Shown here one piece after another: positions 18,839 through 28,461 of a stretch of 64,000 nucleotides of DNA. Under the pieces are notes generated by a model. That model saw only the letters and a program-made list of their open reading frames with translations, did not search any database and was not told the DNA's origin. A program made the position numbers and the translations under genes. Within the stretch, counting starts at the first letter, position 1. The number at the start of each line of letters is the position of its first letter. The stretch lies in the NCBI GenBank assembly GCA_963736125.1, contig CAVTNQ010000005.1, forward strand, positions 192,218 through 256,217, written 5' to 3'. The DNA comes from Candidatus Latescibacterota bacterium. Lineage in GTDB: Bacteria; Krumholzibacteriota; Krumholzibacteriia; WVZY01; JAKEHA01.

Positions 18839-19738
18839 CTAGTGGGCCTTCGCGGCGGCGCGGCGCCGTCCTTCGTGGAAGACGCCTGCGACGCCAAGGA
18901 GAACCAAGAGGGATCCGGCGATCGTCCACGGTGTGATGCGCTCGCCGAGAATTAGCCAGCCGAGCAGGATGGCGATCACGGGATTGACGTAGGCGTAGGT
19001 CGCGACGACGTGCACGGGCAGCAACTGGAGTGCCTTCACGAACGACGTGAATGCGATCACGGAGCCGAACACGACCAAGTAGCCCCACGCCAGCCAGGCT
19101 TCGGTGGTCGGATGCGGGCGCGGTTCGCCGGAGAGCAATGACGCGGCGAGCAGGAAGAACGCGCCGAAGAGGAGCTGGTAGCCGGAATTCACTTCGGCCG
19201 ACACGGTGACGGGACGGCGCTTCTGCATCACGGACCCGATGCCCCAGCTGCAGACGGCGAGCAGCAGGATCAAGCACGCGACCAAGTCGGCGTGCGATCC
19301 GTGTCGAATGACGGGAAAATTCAAAACCACGATCCCGGCCATTCCAATCAGGAGCGATCCGACCAATCGCAACGTGGGCTTCCGGCGGTCGAGGAACGAC
19401 TCGAGCGTCGTCGTCCACAGGGGAAGCGTCGACACGAGCAGCGCCGCGTAGCCGGACGCCGCGCGCTTCTCCGCGACGGTCACAAGCCCGTTTCCACCGA
19501 GCCACAGCAAGACGCCGGAGGCGATGAACATCTGGACGTCGTTGCGCGTGGGCCGAAGCGACTTTTTCGCCAACGCGCCCCACGTGAGCAGGATCAAGCT
19601 GGCGACGAACACGCGCGAGCCGGCCATCGCGAAGGCGGGGAAGCCGGTGCCGTCGCGGACGGCAATTCGAATGGCGAGGTAGGTACTCCCCCAAACGGTG
19701 TAGACGACGAGGAGATGGACGAAACCGCGGAATCGCAC
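18839..19738 (-). CDS. DMT-superfamily (EamA) transporter.
   Basis: Ten TM helices with two EamA repeats. The GTG start at 19738 is my own choice; the ORF-track start at 19852 gives an implausible N-terminus. Confidence 0.75.
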   Translation of the reverse strand: MRFRGFVHLLVVYTVWGSTYLAIRIAVRDGTGFPAFAMAGSRVFVASLILLTWGALAKKSLRPTRNDVQMFIASGVLLWLGGNGLVTVAEKRAASGYAALLVSTLPLWTTTLESFLDRRKPTLRLVGSLLIGMAGIVVLNFPVIRHGSHADLVACLILLLAVCSWGIGSVMQKRRPVTVSAEVNSGYQLLFGAFFLLAASLLSGEPRPHPTTEAWLAWGYLVVFGSVIAFTSFVKALQLLPVHVVATYAYVNPVIAILLGWLILGERITPWTIAGSLLVLLGVAGVFHEGRRRAAAKAH

Positions 19739-19850
19739 GGAAGGGCCCCCGGGGAAAAAAGGAGAGGTAGCACAGGCCCCGGATGTTGTCCAGGCGTTCG
19801 ACTGCGCCTTGTGAAGGAATTCGGTTCGCTCTATACTGCAGCCCGTCGCC

Positions 19851-21050
19851 ATGTTTCACACCGTCCACGGCATCACCTTCTCCGACCGCAGCCTGATCCC
19901 GATTTGGGAAAAAGTTCGTGCGGGTGAACGAATCTCGCCCGCAGAAGGCGTTCGCCTCTTCGAGTCCGACGACCTGACGGCGGTCGGTCGCATGGCCGAC
20001 CACGTCGCGCGTGCGCGAAGCGGCGACCGCGTCTACTTCGTCATCAATACCCACGTCAACCCCACGAATGTATGTGTGCTGAACTGCAAGTTCTGCGACT
20101 ACGTCCACAGTAGGAACGACGCGGGCGCGTGGGAGATGACGGTGGACGAAATTCTCGCGCACATTACACCCGAGATGACGGAAGTCCACATCGTCGGCGG
20201 CCACCACCCCGACTGGACCTTCGAGTACCACGAGAACTACATCCGTGCCATCCGCGAAGCGCATCCGCACATCCAGATCAAGGCCTTCACCGCGGCGGAG
20301 ATCGATTACTTCGCCAAGCGCTGGAAGCTCTCGGTCGACGAAATCTTGGATCGACTGATCGCGGCGGGACTGAATTCGATGCCGGGCGGCGGCGCGGAAA
20401 TCTTCTCGAAGCGCATCGCCAAAGAATTGCGTTACATCGGCAAGGCGCAGAGCGACCGCTGGCTTGAGATTCACGCCGCGGCGCACGCGCGCGGGATTCC
20501 GTCGAACGCGACCATGCTCTACGGCCACATCGAGACGTACGCGGAGCGCGTGGAACATCTGCGGCTGTTGCGCGAGCAGCAGGATAAGAGCGGCGGATTC
20601 CTCGCCTTCATTCCGCTCGAGTATCAAATCAGCGCGGAGAAGATCGTGCCGCGGCACGCGACAGCACTCGACGACTTGAAAACGATCGCGGTGTCGCGCT
20701 TGATGCTGGACAACTTTCCGCACGTGAAAGCGTACTGGATCATGCTGCAGGAAGACACGGCCGGCATCGCGCTCAATTTTGGTGCGGACGACGTCGACGG
20801 AACGATAGCGAAGGAACGTATCGCGCACGCGGCCGACGCGCGCAGCCCCGTCGGCGTCACGCGGAAGAAGCTGGTGCGACTGATTCGCGACGCCGAGAAG
20901 ACGCCGGTCGAACGCGACGCCTTGTACAACGTGGTCAAGGTCTACGAAGACGCCGACGTGGCGGCGGTGGTGGAAGACACCTATCGTCCGGTGCAGCGCA
21001 GCCGCGAATCTCCCCGCGCCGGCGCACCGTTGGCAAAGAACGTGAGCTGA
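19851..21050 (+). CDS. Radical-SAM menaquinone biosynthesis enzyme of the MqnC/MqnE family (cyclic dehypoxanthinyl futalosine synthase or aminofutalosine synthase).
   Basis: NPTNVCVLNCKFCDY (Cx3Cx2C), GGHHPDW, and the MLYGHIET...FIPLEYQ motif are shared with CofH/MqnC/MqnE. Confidence 0.85.
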   Translation: MFHTVHGITFSDRSLIPIWEKVRAGERISPAEGVRLFESDDLTAVGRMADHVARARSGDRVYFVINTHVNPTNVCVLNCKFCDYVHSRNDAGAWEMTVDEILAHITPEMTEVHIVGGHHPDWTFEYHENYIRAIREAHPHIQIKAFTAAEIDYFAKRWKLSVDEILDRLIAAGLNSMPGGGAEIFSKRIAKELRYIGKAQSDRWLEIHAAAHARGIPSNATMLYGHIETYAERVEHLRLLREQQDKSGGFLAFIPLEYQISAEKIVPRHATALDDLKTIAVSRLMLDNFPHVKAYWIMLQEDTAGIALNFGADDVDGTIAKERIAHAADARSPVGVTRKKLVRLIRDAEKTPVERDALYNVVKVYEDADVAAVVEDTYRPVQRSRESPRAGAPLAKNVS

Positions 21051-21090
21051 ACCGCGGCACTCGCTTGCGACGCGCGCGCCCCGAACCCGC

Positions 21091-21825
21091 ATGAAGCGAA
21101 AACTCATCGTCGCGGCCCTCGCTTTGCTGATGGTGATCGTCGGCATTGCGGTGTTTCTCTATAACTCGATCGATTCGATCGTCGAAGCAGCCATCGAGAA
21201 AGAAGGCTCGCGCGTGCTGGGGACGCGGTTGAGTGTGGGGTCGGTCGACATTTCGCTCAAGTCGGGGCGCGGGACCATTCGCGACGTTTCGATGGCGAAT
21301 CCAAAGGGCTTCTCGTCGAACGAGATGTTCACGCTGGGCGAGATCACGGTCGACATCGACGTCAAGTCGCTCAACCGCGACCCCGTCGTCATCGACGAGA
21401 TCACGATTTCAGCTCCCAAAGTCCGCGCCGAGATGAACGCGCAAGCGCAGACCAACGTGGGTGTCGTCAAGAGTACGGTCGACAAATACCAAAGCGCACC
21501 GGCGCCGAAAGAGCGCAAGGAAGATAGCGGTTTCGAGAAGCGCTTCGTCATCGAGAAGTTTGTATTCGAAGAAGGCACGGTCGACCTCGACGCGACTGCG
21601 ATGGGCGTCGAGGCAACACAGGTGGCACTGCCGCCGGTTCGCTTGAACCACGTCGGCGGATCGAAGGGCGACTCGCCGGACGGCATCGCCAAGACGGTGT
21701 CGCGCGCGTTCCTGGGCGCGGTCACCGATGTGGTCGCGGACGAGGCCAAGCGTCGCGCCACCGACAAGGCCAAAGAAGAGTTGAACAACAAGGCCAAAGA
21801 ACTCATCCACAATCTCGTCAAATAG
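21091..21825 (+). CDS. Hypothetical membrane-anchored protein (N-terminal TM, AsmA-like/DUF).
   Basis: 244 aa. MKRKLIVAALALLMVIVGIAVFLY forms the anchor. An elongated hydrophilic domain follows. Confidence 0.55.
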   Translation: MKRKLIVAALALLMVIVGIAVFLYNSIDSIVEAAIEKEGSRVLGTRLSVGSVDISLKSGRGTIRDVSMANPKGFSSNEMFTLGEITVDIDVKSLNRDPVVIDEITISAPKVRAEMNAQAQTNVGVVKSTVDKYQSAPAPKERKEDSGFEKRFVIEKFVFEEGTVDLDATAMGVEATQVALPPVRLNHVGGSKGDSPDGIAKTVSRAFLGAVTDVVADEAKRRATDKAKEELNNKAKELIHNLVK

Positions 21826-21835
21826 AAAGCAGCCC

Positions 21836-22615
21836 ATGATTCGCATCGGAAAGATTCCGTACTTGAACAGCATCTTGTTCTATCACGGCCTCGAGAACGA
21901 GCCAGACGTTCGCTTGGAATCGCTCGTCCCGCGTGCGCTTTCCAGCGCCGCGCTCGAAGGCGAAGTCGACGCGGGTCCGGTTCCGCTCGTGACGGCGTGG
22001 GAGATCGAGGATCGCTTTGCGCCGCTCGGCGACTTCTGTATCTCCACCATCGACCGCGCGCACAGCATTCTCTTCTTCTCGAAGCGCCCGTTCGATCAGC
22101 TCGACGGCGCCGAGATCGGCGTTACCAACCAAACTTCGACGTCGGTGCGCTTGCTGCGAGCTCTGCTCACGCACGCCTGGCGCGTGCGCCCCGCGCGCTT
22201 CACGCACGTCGACTGGCCCACCAACGACGCGTTCCTCCTGATCGGCGACGAAGCGCTGGTGCACCGGCGGGGTGTGAAGGACTATCCGCACGTCGCCGAC
22301 TTGGGCGACGTGTGGCACAAGTGGACCGGACTCCCGTTCGTGTTCGCGCGTTGGATGGTTCGCACGTCGCTCGCCGACGCCGACAAGGCGCGCTTGATCA
22401 CGATGCTCGATCAATCACTCGCGGAAGGGTGGACGCATTTCGAGCGCGTGGTGTCGCCGCGCGCGCACGACCTCCACATGACGATCGAAGAAATGCGCGA
22501 GTACCTGCAGGCGTTTCGCTTCCGCATGACGGCCGCCGAGCACCAGGCGATCGGGAAGTTTCGCCAGTTCGACGACGCGGCGCGTAAAGCGGACAGCGCG
22601 CCCGTCGCGCCCTAG
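21836..22615 (+). CDS. mqnA: Chorismate dehydratase MqnA (futalosine pathway).
   Basis: MIRIGKIPYLNSILFYHGL is the classic MqnA N-terminus. It is the periplasmic-binding-fold type. Confidence 0.85.
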   Translation: MIRIGKIPYLNSILFYHGLENEPDVRLESLVPRALSSAALEGEVDAGPVPLVTAWEIEDRFAPLGDFCISTIDRAHSILFFSKRPFDQLDGAEIGVTNQTSTSVRLLRALLTHAWRVRPARFTHVDWPTNDAFLLIGDEALVHRRGVKDYPHVADLGDVWHKWTGLPFVFARWMVRTSLADADKARLITMLDQSLAEGWTHFERVVSPRAHDLHMTIEEMREYLQAFRFRMTAAEHQAIGKFRQFDDAARKADSAPVAP

Positions 22616-22617
22616 GG

Positions 22618-23163
22618 ATGGGCACGCGCCGAAAGAGCCCGCGCGCCGGCAAAGCGCCGCGCAAGGCACGCGCGAAACGCGCGCCCCACCCCGCCAAAAC
22701 GTCGAAGCCGTCGCGCGCCCGCGCGAGCGTGACACCATTGCTCCGTGTCACCGGACTCGGCGGCGTGTTTTTCAAGTCCGACGACCCCAAGACGCTCATC
22801 GAGTGGTATCGCAAGCACCTCGGCATCGAGCCCGATTCGTACGGCGGCGTGTCGTTCCAGTGGCGCGAGAAGCGTCGCCCGCAGCGCATCGGCTACACGG
22901 TATGGAGTCCGTTCGAACGCAGTACGGACTACTTGGACCCCAGCGAGCTGCCCTACATGTTCAACTTCCGCGTCGCCGACCTGAAATCGCTGCTCACACA
23001 ATTGCGACGCGAGGGCGTGCACGTGATCGACAAGGTCGAAGAATTCCCGTTCGGGAAATTCGGCTGGATCATCGACCCGGAGGGGCGCAAGATCGAACTC
23101 TGGGAGCCGCCCGACACCGACGACCCGTTCGGCGGCCGCGAAAAAACGAAGCGGAACGAATAG
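22618..23163 (+). CDS. VOC/glyoxalase-family protein with a basic N-terminal extension.
   Basis: The C-terminal 120 aa (LLRVTGLGGVFFKSDDP...FGWIIDPEGRKIELWEP) look like a glyoxalase fold. The N-terminus is Lys/Arg-rich and the true start is uncertain. Confidence 0.55.
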   Translation: MGTRRKSPRAGKAPRKARAKRAPHPAKTSKPSRARASVTPLLRVTGLGGVFFKSDDPKTLIEWYRKHLGIEPDSYGGVSFQWREKRRPQRIGYTVWSPFERSTDYLDPSELPYMFNFRVADLKSLLTQLRREGVHVIDKVEEFPFGKFGWIIDPEGRKIELWEPPDTDDPFGGREKTKRNE

Positions 23164-23195
23164 TCCGCGCGGCGCTGCCGCAACAAACGAGATAA

Positions 23196-24875
23196 TTGCA
23201 GTCACGATTTAAACCCAAGATTGTTACCGTCCTGCGCGAAGGCTACACGCGCCATCTCTTCCTTCGCGACCTCGGCGCCGGCACCATCGTCGGGGTGCTC
23301 GCTCTCCCGCTGGCGCTGGCCTTCGCGATCGCGTCGGGTGTGAAACCCGAACAAGGACTGTTCACCGCGATCGTCGCCGGGTTCGTGATCTCCGCGCTCT
23401 CGGGAAGCCGTGTCCAAATCGGTGGACCGACCGGTGCGTTCATCGTCATCGTTTATGGCGTCGTACAACGCTTCGGGTACGATGGGCTTGCCGTCGCGAC
23501 GCTGATCGCCGGCGTGTTGCTGGTCATCATGGGCATCGCGCGTCTGGGGTCGGTCATTCAGTTCATGCCGTATCCAGTGACGGTCGGATTCACCGCGGGC
23601 ATCGCGCTCATCATCCTGACTTCGCAGCTGCGCGACTTCCTCGGTCTTCAGATGAGCAACGTGCCGGCCGAGTTCGTCGACAAATGGGTCGCGTACGCCG
23701 TAGCGTTTCCGACTTACAATCTCTCCGCCGTCGGCGTAGCGCTTGCAACCGTCCTCATTCTGGTTTACTGGGCGCGCCTGAGCCGAAAGGTGCCGAGCCC
23801 GATCGTCGCTATCGTTGTGACCACCGCGGCCGTGCACCTGCTTCACCTTCCGGTCGAGACGATCGGGAGCCGGTTCGGAAGCGTGCCCAGTTCGCTGCCC
23901 ATGCCGCGGCTACCCCACGTGGATCTGACGTCGGTACGTCAGCTCTTTTCGCCCGCAGTGTCCATTGCGCTCCTCGCGGGAATCGAATCGCTTCTCTCGG
24001 CCGTCGTGGCCGACGGCATGACGGGCCGACGCCATCGGCCCAACACAGAGCTGATCGCGCAGGGTGTCGCCAACATCGCGTCACCGATCTTCGGCGGCAT
24101 TCCCGCGACCGGTGCGATTGCGCGCACCGCCACCAACGTGAAGAACGGCGGCCAAACGCCGTTCGCGGGCATCATCCACGCGGCCGTGCTGCTGCTCATC
24201 ATGGTCTTCTTCGCCAAGTGGGCCGCCCTGGTCCCGATGGCGACCCTCGCGGGCATCCTCGTGGTCACCGCGTATCACATGAGCGAGTGGCGGCTTGCGG
24301 CGCGCGTCTTTCGCAGTACGAAGAGCGACACCGCCGTCATGGCGACGACCTTCCTCTTGACCGTAATGGTGGACCTCTCCCTCGCGATTCAGGTCGGCGT
24401 CGTGCTGGCGTCGCTGCTATTCATCAAGCGTATGGCCGACGTCACCCACACGACGGCGTATCTCGAGGACATGATGGACGATTCGGAACCCGAGGACGCG
24501 GACAGTATCCGGCTTCGCGACGTTCCCAAGGGCGTGGCCGTGTTCGAGATCAACGGGGCGTTCTTCTTCGGCGCCGCCGACAAGTTCAAGAGCACGCTGA
24601 ACACCGTGCAGAAGAAGCCGAAGGTGCTCATTCTGCGCATGCGACATGTCCTGTCGCTGGACGCCACCGCGCTGCGTGCCCTCGAAGACGTGTTCCACAA
24701 GGCGCGTCGGGATGGCACCACGGTCGTGCTCTCGGGCGTGCACGCGCAGCCACTGGTCGTCATGAAGCAATCCGGCTTCGCCGATTTGGTCGGAGTGGAC
24801 AACATGGTGAGCACCATCGATCAAGCCCTGGCGCGGGCGCGCACTCTGACGGAAGGACGTGAGGCCCACGCATAA
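23196..24875 (+). CDS. SulP-family anion transporter with a C-terminal STAS domain.
   Basis: GVLALPLALAFAIASGV... is SulP TM core motif 1. The C-terminal STAS is VFEINGAFFFGAADKF. Confidence 0.9.
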   Translation: MQSRFKPKIVTVLREGYTRHLFLRDLGAGTIVGVLALPLALAFAIASGVKPEQGLFTAIVAGFVISALSGSRVQIGGPTGAFIVIVYGVVQRFGYDGLAVATLIAGVLLVIMGIARLGSVIQFMPYPVTVGFTAGIALIILTSQLRDFLGLQMSNVPAEFVDKWVAYAVAFPTYNLSAVGVALATVLILVYWARLSRKVPSPIVAIVVTTAAVHLLHLPVETIGSRFGSVPSSLPMPRLPHVDLTSVRQLFSPAVSIALLAGIESLLSAVVADGMTGRRHRPNTELIAQGVANIASPIFGGIPATGAIARTATNVKNGGQTPFAGIIHAAVLLLIMVFFAKWAALVPMATLAGILVVTAYHMSEWRLAARVFRSTKSDTAVMATTFLLTVMVDLSLAIQVGVVLASLLFIKRMADVTHTTAYLEDMMDDSEPEDADSIRLRDVPKGVAVFEINGAFFFGAADKFKSTLNTVQKKPKVLILRMRHVLSLDATALRALEDVFHKARRDGTTVVLSGVHAQPLVVMKQSGFADLVGVDNMVSTIDQALARARTLTEGREAHA

Positions 24876-24962
24876 GCTCAAGGACAGTTCGAACCCGTGC
24901 TGCGGCGTACCGCCGACGCGCCCTCCCGAAGACGCGAACGCTTCCATGAACGGAACTGCGGA

Positions 24963-26909
24963 ATGACGCCAGGTCTATTTCTTCTTGTCGCGGGCGCGTG
25001 CGCCGCGCTCGGCCTGTTCGTCTTTCGAGCGCCGCGCGTGTGGTTGGTCGCCACGATGGTCGGAGCGGCCGCGGCACTCGCGGCCTCGGGGTGGGTACTC
25101 GTCTCCGGCCAGACCTGGGATTGGCGACTCGCTGTGACGCTGGGGGGCGAAGGACTCCACCTTCGTTTGGACGCCATCAGCGCTTTCTTCCTCGCACTGC
25201 TCGCGACCATCGGCGGTGCGTGCAGTCTGTACGCGCACGGATATTGGACGGACGCAGAGCACCCTGCTTCGGCCCCTTCCGGTCGTGCCTGGTTGAGCGC
25301 CGTTATGGCTAGCATGGCCTTGGTGCTGCTCTCCACCAACGGGCTGCATTTCCTCATCGCGTGGGAAGCGTTTTCAGTCGGCGTGTACTTCCTCATCACG
25401 CTCGAACGTCACAAGAGCGAAGTTCGTTCGTCGGGTTGGCTCTTCTTCGCGGCATCGCGCGCGGGGACCCTGTGCTTGGTGGTGTTTTTCGTCGGCCTGG
25501 CGACGCGGACGGGAAGCTGGGAACTGGGACCGATGCGAGATCGTCCGGAGCTCGCGCCGTGGTTCTGGCTCGCGCTATGCGGTTTCGGTCTCAAGGCTGG
25601 GATGTATCCGCTCCACATTTGGCTCCCATCCGCGCACGGCAACGCACCTAGCCATGTTTCGGCCTTCCTATCCGGCGTCGCCATCAAGATGGGAATCTAC
25701 GGCTTGGTGCGATTCAGCGGATGGCTGCCCACACCCGAAGCAGCCGGCTGGGTCGTCGCCGCGCTGGGCGCGACCAGCGCCGTGCTAGGTGTGGCGTTCG
25801 CGCTTGGCCAGCACGACCTCAAGCGGCTGCTCGCATACCACAGCGTAGAGAACATCGGCATCATCCTCATGGGACTCGGTTTCGCGATGATGGCCGCGGC
25901 CCACGGCCATGCACTTTGGGGGCAGCTTGCGTTGGCGGGCAGCCTGTTGCACGTGTGGAATCATGGCCTCTTCAAGGCGCTCCTGTTTCTCGGCGCCGGG
26001 TCGGTGCTGCATTCCACGGGCACGCGCGAAATGAGCCGGCTCGGCGGGCTTTGGCGCACCATGCCGTGGACCGCGGGCATGTTTGCACTCGGGGCAGTTG
26101 CCATCGCAGGGCTTCCGCCGCTGAACGGTTTCATAAGCGAGTTGCTCGTGTATCTCGGTCTCTTCGGCGCCGCGTCGTCGCATGGTCCTCTGTCATGGGT
26201 TGCCGCGCCGGCGGCGATCCTTCTTTGCATGACGGGCGCTCTCGCGTTGGCGTGCTTCGTCAAAGCTTGCGGCGTCGTCTTCCTCGGACTCCCACGCAGC
26301 GAGGCTGCGGCCAAGGCGCACGAGAGCGGTTGGGTCATGCGTGTGCCCATGCTGCTGCTGGGTCTGGCGTGCGTGATCATCGGCCTCGCGCCGGCACAAG
26401 TGTGGCCATTGCTGGCAAGCCCGATATCGGCGTGGAGTTCGGCGTGGACAGGGGGCGCCGTCCCTGTTCCGCTGGCTGCATTGGGCGGATTCAACATCGG
26501 CCTCGTGGTGCTTTCCGTGCTGGTGGCCGTCGGTCTTCGGCGCCGCGTCAGGCACAATGGAATCGAGCGGGCGGTCACGTGGGACTGCGGGTACGTCCGG
26601 CCGACGCCGCGCATGCAGTACACGGCCGGCTCCTTCGCCGCGATCATCACCGCGTGGTTTTCGTGGGCACTCCGCCCCCGCCGACACACGCGCTTGCCGA
26701 AGACACAGTTTCCGGCCCATGCGAGCTTCGAAGAACATACGCCCGAGACCATCCTGGCCTACGTGGTCGAACCCGGGGGCCGGCTCGTCATGCATGCCGT
26801 CGGTGCGGCGCGACGCCTTCAACACGGACGCATCCAAGCCTACGTCCTTTATGTGTTGATCGGTGTCGTGGGGTTAGCACTTCTCTCGGTCATCGGAGCA
26901 AGTCGATGA
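24963..26909 (+). CDS. Hyf/Hyc-type complex antiporter-like subunit (HyfB/HycC/NuoL-like).
   Basis: About 650 aa with about 16 TM helices. LLAYHSVENIGIILMG...WNHGLFKALLFLGAGSV are NuoL/M signatures. It starts at MTPGLFLL. Confidence 0.85.
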   Translation: MTPGLFLLVAGACAALGLFVFRAPRVWLVATMVGAAAALAASGWVLVSGQTWDWRLAVTLGGEGLHLRLDAISAFFLALLATIGGACSLYAHGYWTDAEHPASAPSGRAWLSAVMASMALVLLSTNGLHFLIAWEAFSVGVYFLITLERHKSEVRSSGWLFFAASRAGTLCLVVFFVGLATRTGSWELGPMRDRPELAPWFWLALCGFGLKAGMYPLHIWLPSAHGNAPSHVSAFLSGVAIKMGIYGLVRFSGWLPTPEAAGWVVAALGATSAVLGVAFALGQHDLKRLLAYHSVENIGIILMGLGFAMMAAAHGHALWGQLALAGSLLHVWNHGLFKALLFLGAGSVLHSTGTREMSRLGGLWRTMPWTAGMFALGAVAIAGLPPLNGFISELLVYLGLFGAASSHGPLSWVAAPAAILLCMTGALALACFVKACGVVFLGLPRSEAAAKAHESGWVMRVPMLLLGLACVIIGLAPAQVWPLLASPISAWSSAWTGGAVPVPLAALGGFNIGLVVLSVLVAVGLRRRVRHNGIERAVTWDCGYVRPTPRMQYTAGSFAAIITAWFSWALRPRRHTRLPKTQFPAHASFEEHTPETILAYVVEPGGRLVMHAVGAARRLQHGRIQAYVLYVLIGVVGLALLSVIGASR

Positions 26910-27823
26910 ACGTCACGCTCCATGCAATCCGCGTGTTCATGAGCATCGCGATCTGGTTGCTGATTGCCCCGCTGGTGCCGGGTGTCATCAACAAGGTGAA
27001 GGCGTGGATCGCGGGGCGAACGGGGCCGCCCGTCCTGCAGCTCTACTCCGACCTCGCGCGATTGTGGCGCAAGGGAGTCGTGTTGAGCACGGCCGTCTCC
27101 CCCGGCCACGTGGTGGGGCCGGCGGTGGCGTTCGTCTCGCTCGTCGGGGCGTCGTTGCTTCTGCCGGTGGGGCGAAGCGGAGCGCCAATCGCGTTCGAAG
27201 GCGACGCGGTGCTGTTCGTGTACTTGATGGCTCTGGCGCGCTTCTCGATGTCCTACGCCGCCCTGGAAACCGGATCGGCATTCGAGGGAATGGGTGCCGC
27301 GCGCGAGGTGAGCTTCGCGGTGCTCGCGGAGATCGCCGTCATGACCGCGTTGCTGGTGCTCAGCGTCAAGACGGGCAGCGTGTCCTTGACGAAGATGCTC
27401 GCGCCGGCCGCGGGACCGGGCACCGCGCTGCTCGCGGCCGGACTCTATATGGTGCTCCTGGCGGAGAATTGCCGCGTGCCGTTCGACGACCCGAACACAC
27501 ACTTGGAACTAACCATGATTCACGAAGTCATGGTGCTCGACCACAGCGGTCCGCCTCTGGCGATGATTCTGCACGGCGCCGCGCTCAAGCTCTTGGTATT
27601 CTGCGTTCTGTTGACGGAGGCCGTGGTTCCCCTCGGCGGTTTGTCGCCGGTCGTCGTGGCGGCGACTCTCTTGGGTGGTGTGCTCGCGACGGCGGTGAGC
27701 GTGGGTGTGGTCGAATCGATGCAGGCGCGACTGCCATTCCGTCGCGTGCCGATGCTGCTGACGACGGCATTCTTGCTCTGCCTCTTCGCGCTCATGATCG
27801 CATGGGAAGGGAGTCCGCGATGA
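26906..27823 (+). CDS. HyfC/HycD-like membrane subunit (NuoH-like).
   Basis: The ATGA overlap with the upstream gene indicates coupling. 8 TM helices. RVPFDDPNTHLELTMIHEV resembles the NuoH/HycD loop. Confidence 0.8.
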   Translation: MNVTLHAIRVFMSIAIWLLIAPLVPGVINKVKAWIAGRTGPPVLQLYSDLARLWRKGVVLSTAVSPGHVVGPAVAFVSLVGASLLLPVGRSGAPIAFEGDAVLFVYLMALARFSMSYAALETGSAFEGMGAAREVSFAVLAEIAVMTALLVLSVKTGSVSLTKMLAPAAGPGTALLAAGLYMVLLAENCRVPFDDPNTHLELTMIHEVMVLDHSGPPLAMILHGAALKLLVFCVLLTEAVVPLGGLSPVVVAATLLGGVLATAVSVGVVESMQARLPFRRVPMLLTTAFLLCLFALMIAWEGSPR

Positions 27824-28461
27824 GCGACGCCGGCAACCTCCTCGTCGGAGTCGCCATGGGGTTGAACCTGATCGGCCTGGCCAGCAGCCGGCTGACGTCG
27901 CTCATTCGCGCGGCGGCAATTCAGGGGATGGTGCTCGGCATCCTCCCGCTGTTGCTCGGGCACGGGTCGAATTGGTGGGTGATCATGGTCTCGGCGGCGA
28001 CCGTCGCCGTGAAGGGATTCCTGATACCCGCCCTGTTGCGCAAGGCGCTGCGCTCGGCCCACATCGACCGCGAAGTACAACCGCTCATTCCATTCGTCCC
28101 CTCGCTTTTGCTCGGTGCGGCCGCGACCGTCGGCGCCGTGGCGCTCGGCGGTGTACTGCCGCTGCGACCCGAACACGCGCACTCGCTCGTCGTACCGGGT
28201 GCCTTCGCGACCGTCGTGTCCGGCTTCCTGCTCTTGATGGGGCGCGCCAAGGCGATCGCGCAGGTCTGCGGCTACCTCATGCTCGAAAACGGCATCTACA
28301 TGTTCGGTCTGTTGCTCATCGGCTCCACACCGATCATGGTCGAGGCCGGGATCCTGCTCGACCTCACCGTGGCGGTATTCGTGGTCGGCATCATCGTGGA
28401 TCGAATCCAGCGCGAGTTCGATTCGCTCGACACCCGTCGTCTCACCGCGTTGCACGAATGA
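27820..28461 (+). CDS. HyfE/MbhE-like small membrane subunit (NuoK-like with an extension).
   Basis: ATGA overlap with the upstream gene. 214 aa with 6 TM helices. GYLMLENGIYMFGLLL resembles NuoK. Confidence 0.7.
   Translation: MSDAGNLLVGVAMGLNLIGLASSRLTSLIRAAAIQGMVLGILPLLLGHGSNWWVIMVSAATVAVKGFLIPALLRKALRSAHIDREVQPLIPFVPSLLLGAAATVGAVALGGVLPLRPEHAHSLVVPGAFATVVSGFLLLMGRAKAIAQVCGYLMLENGIYMFGLLLIGSTPIMVEAGILLDLTVAVFVVGIIVDRIQREFDSLDTRRLTALHE

Noticed and set aside
18798-21146. 782-aa minus-strand ORF, the longest in the track
   Set aside because: It is extremely Arg/Ala/Gly-rich, low-complexity and has no motifs. It is antisense to two well-supported genes, the DMT transporter and the MqnC/E radical-SAM gene. 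This is a typical GC-rich antisense artefact.
23196-26909. Interpreting the SulP transporter plus NuoL-like subunit as a DAB/BicA-type inorganic carbon uptake system
   Set aside because: The NuoL-like gene is clearly part of a six-subunit hyf-like operon with large and small subunits. There is no DabA-like or carbonic anhydrase gene. The adjacency to SulP is not enough evidence.
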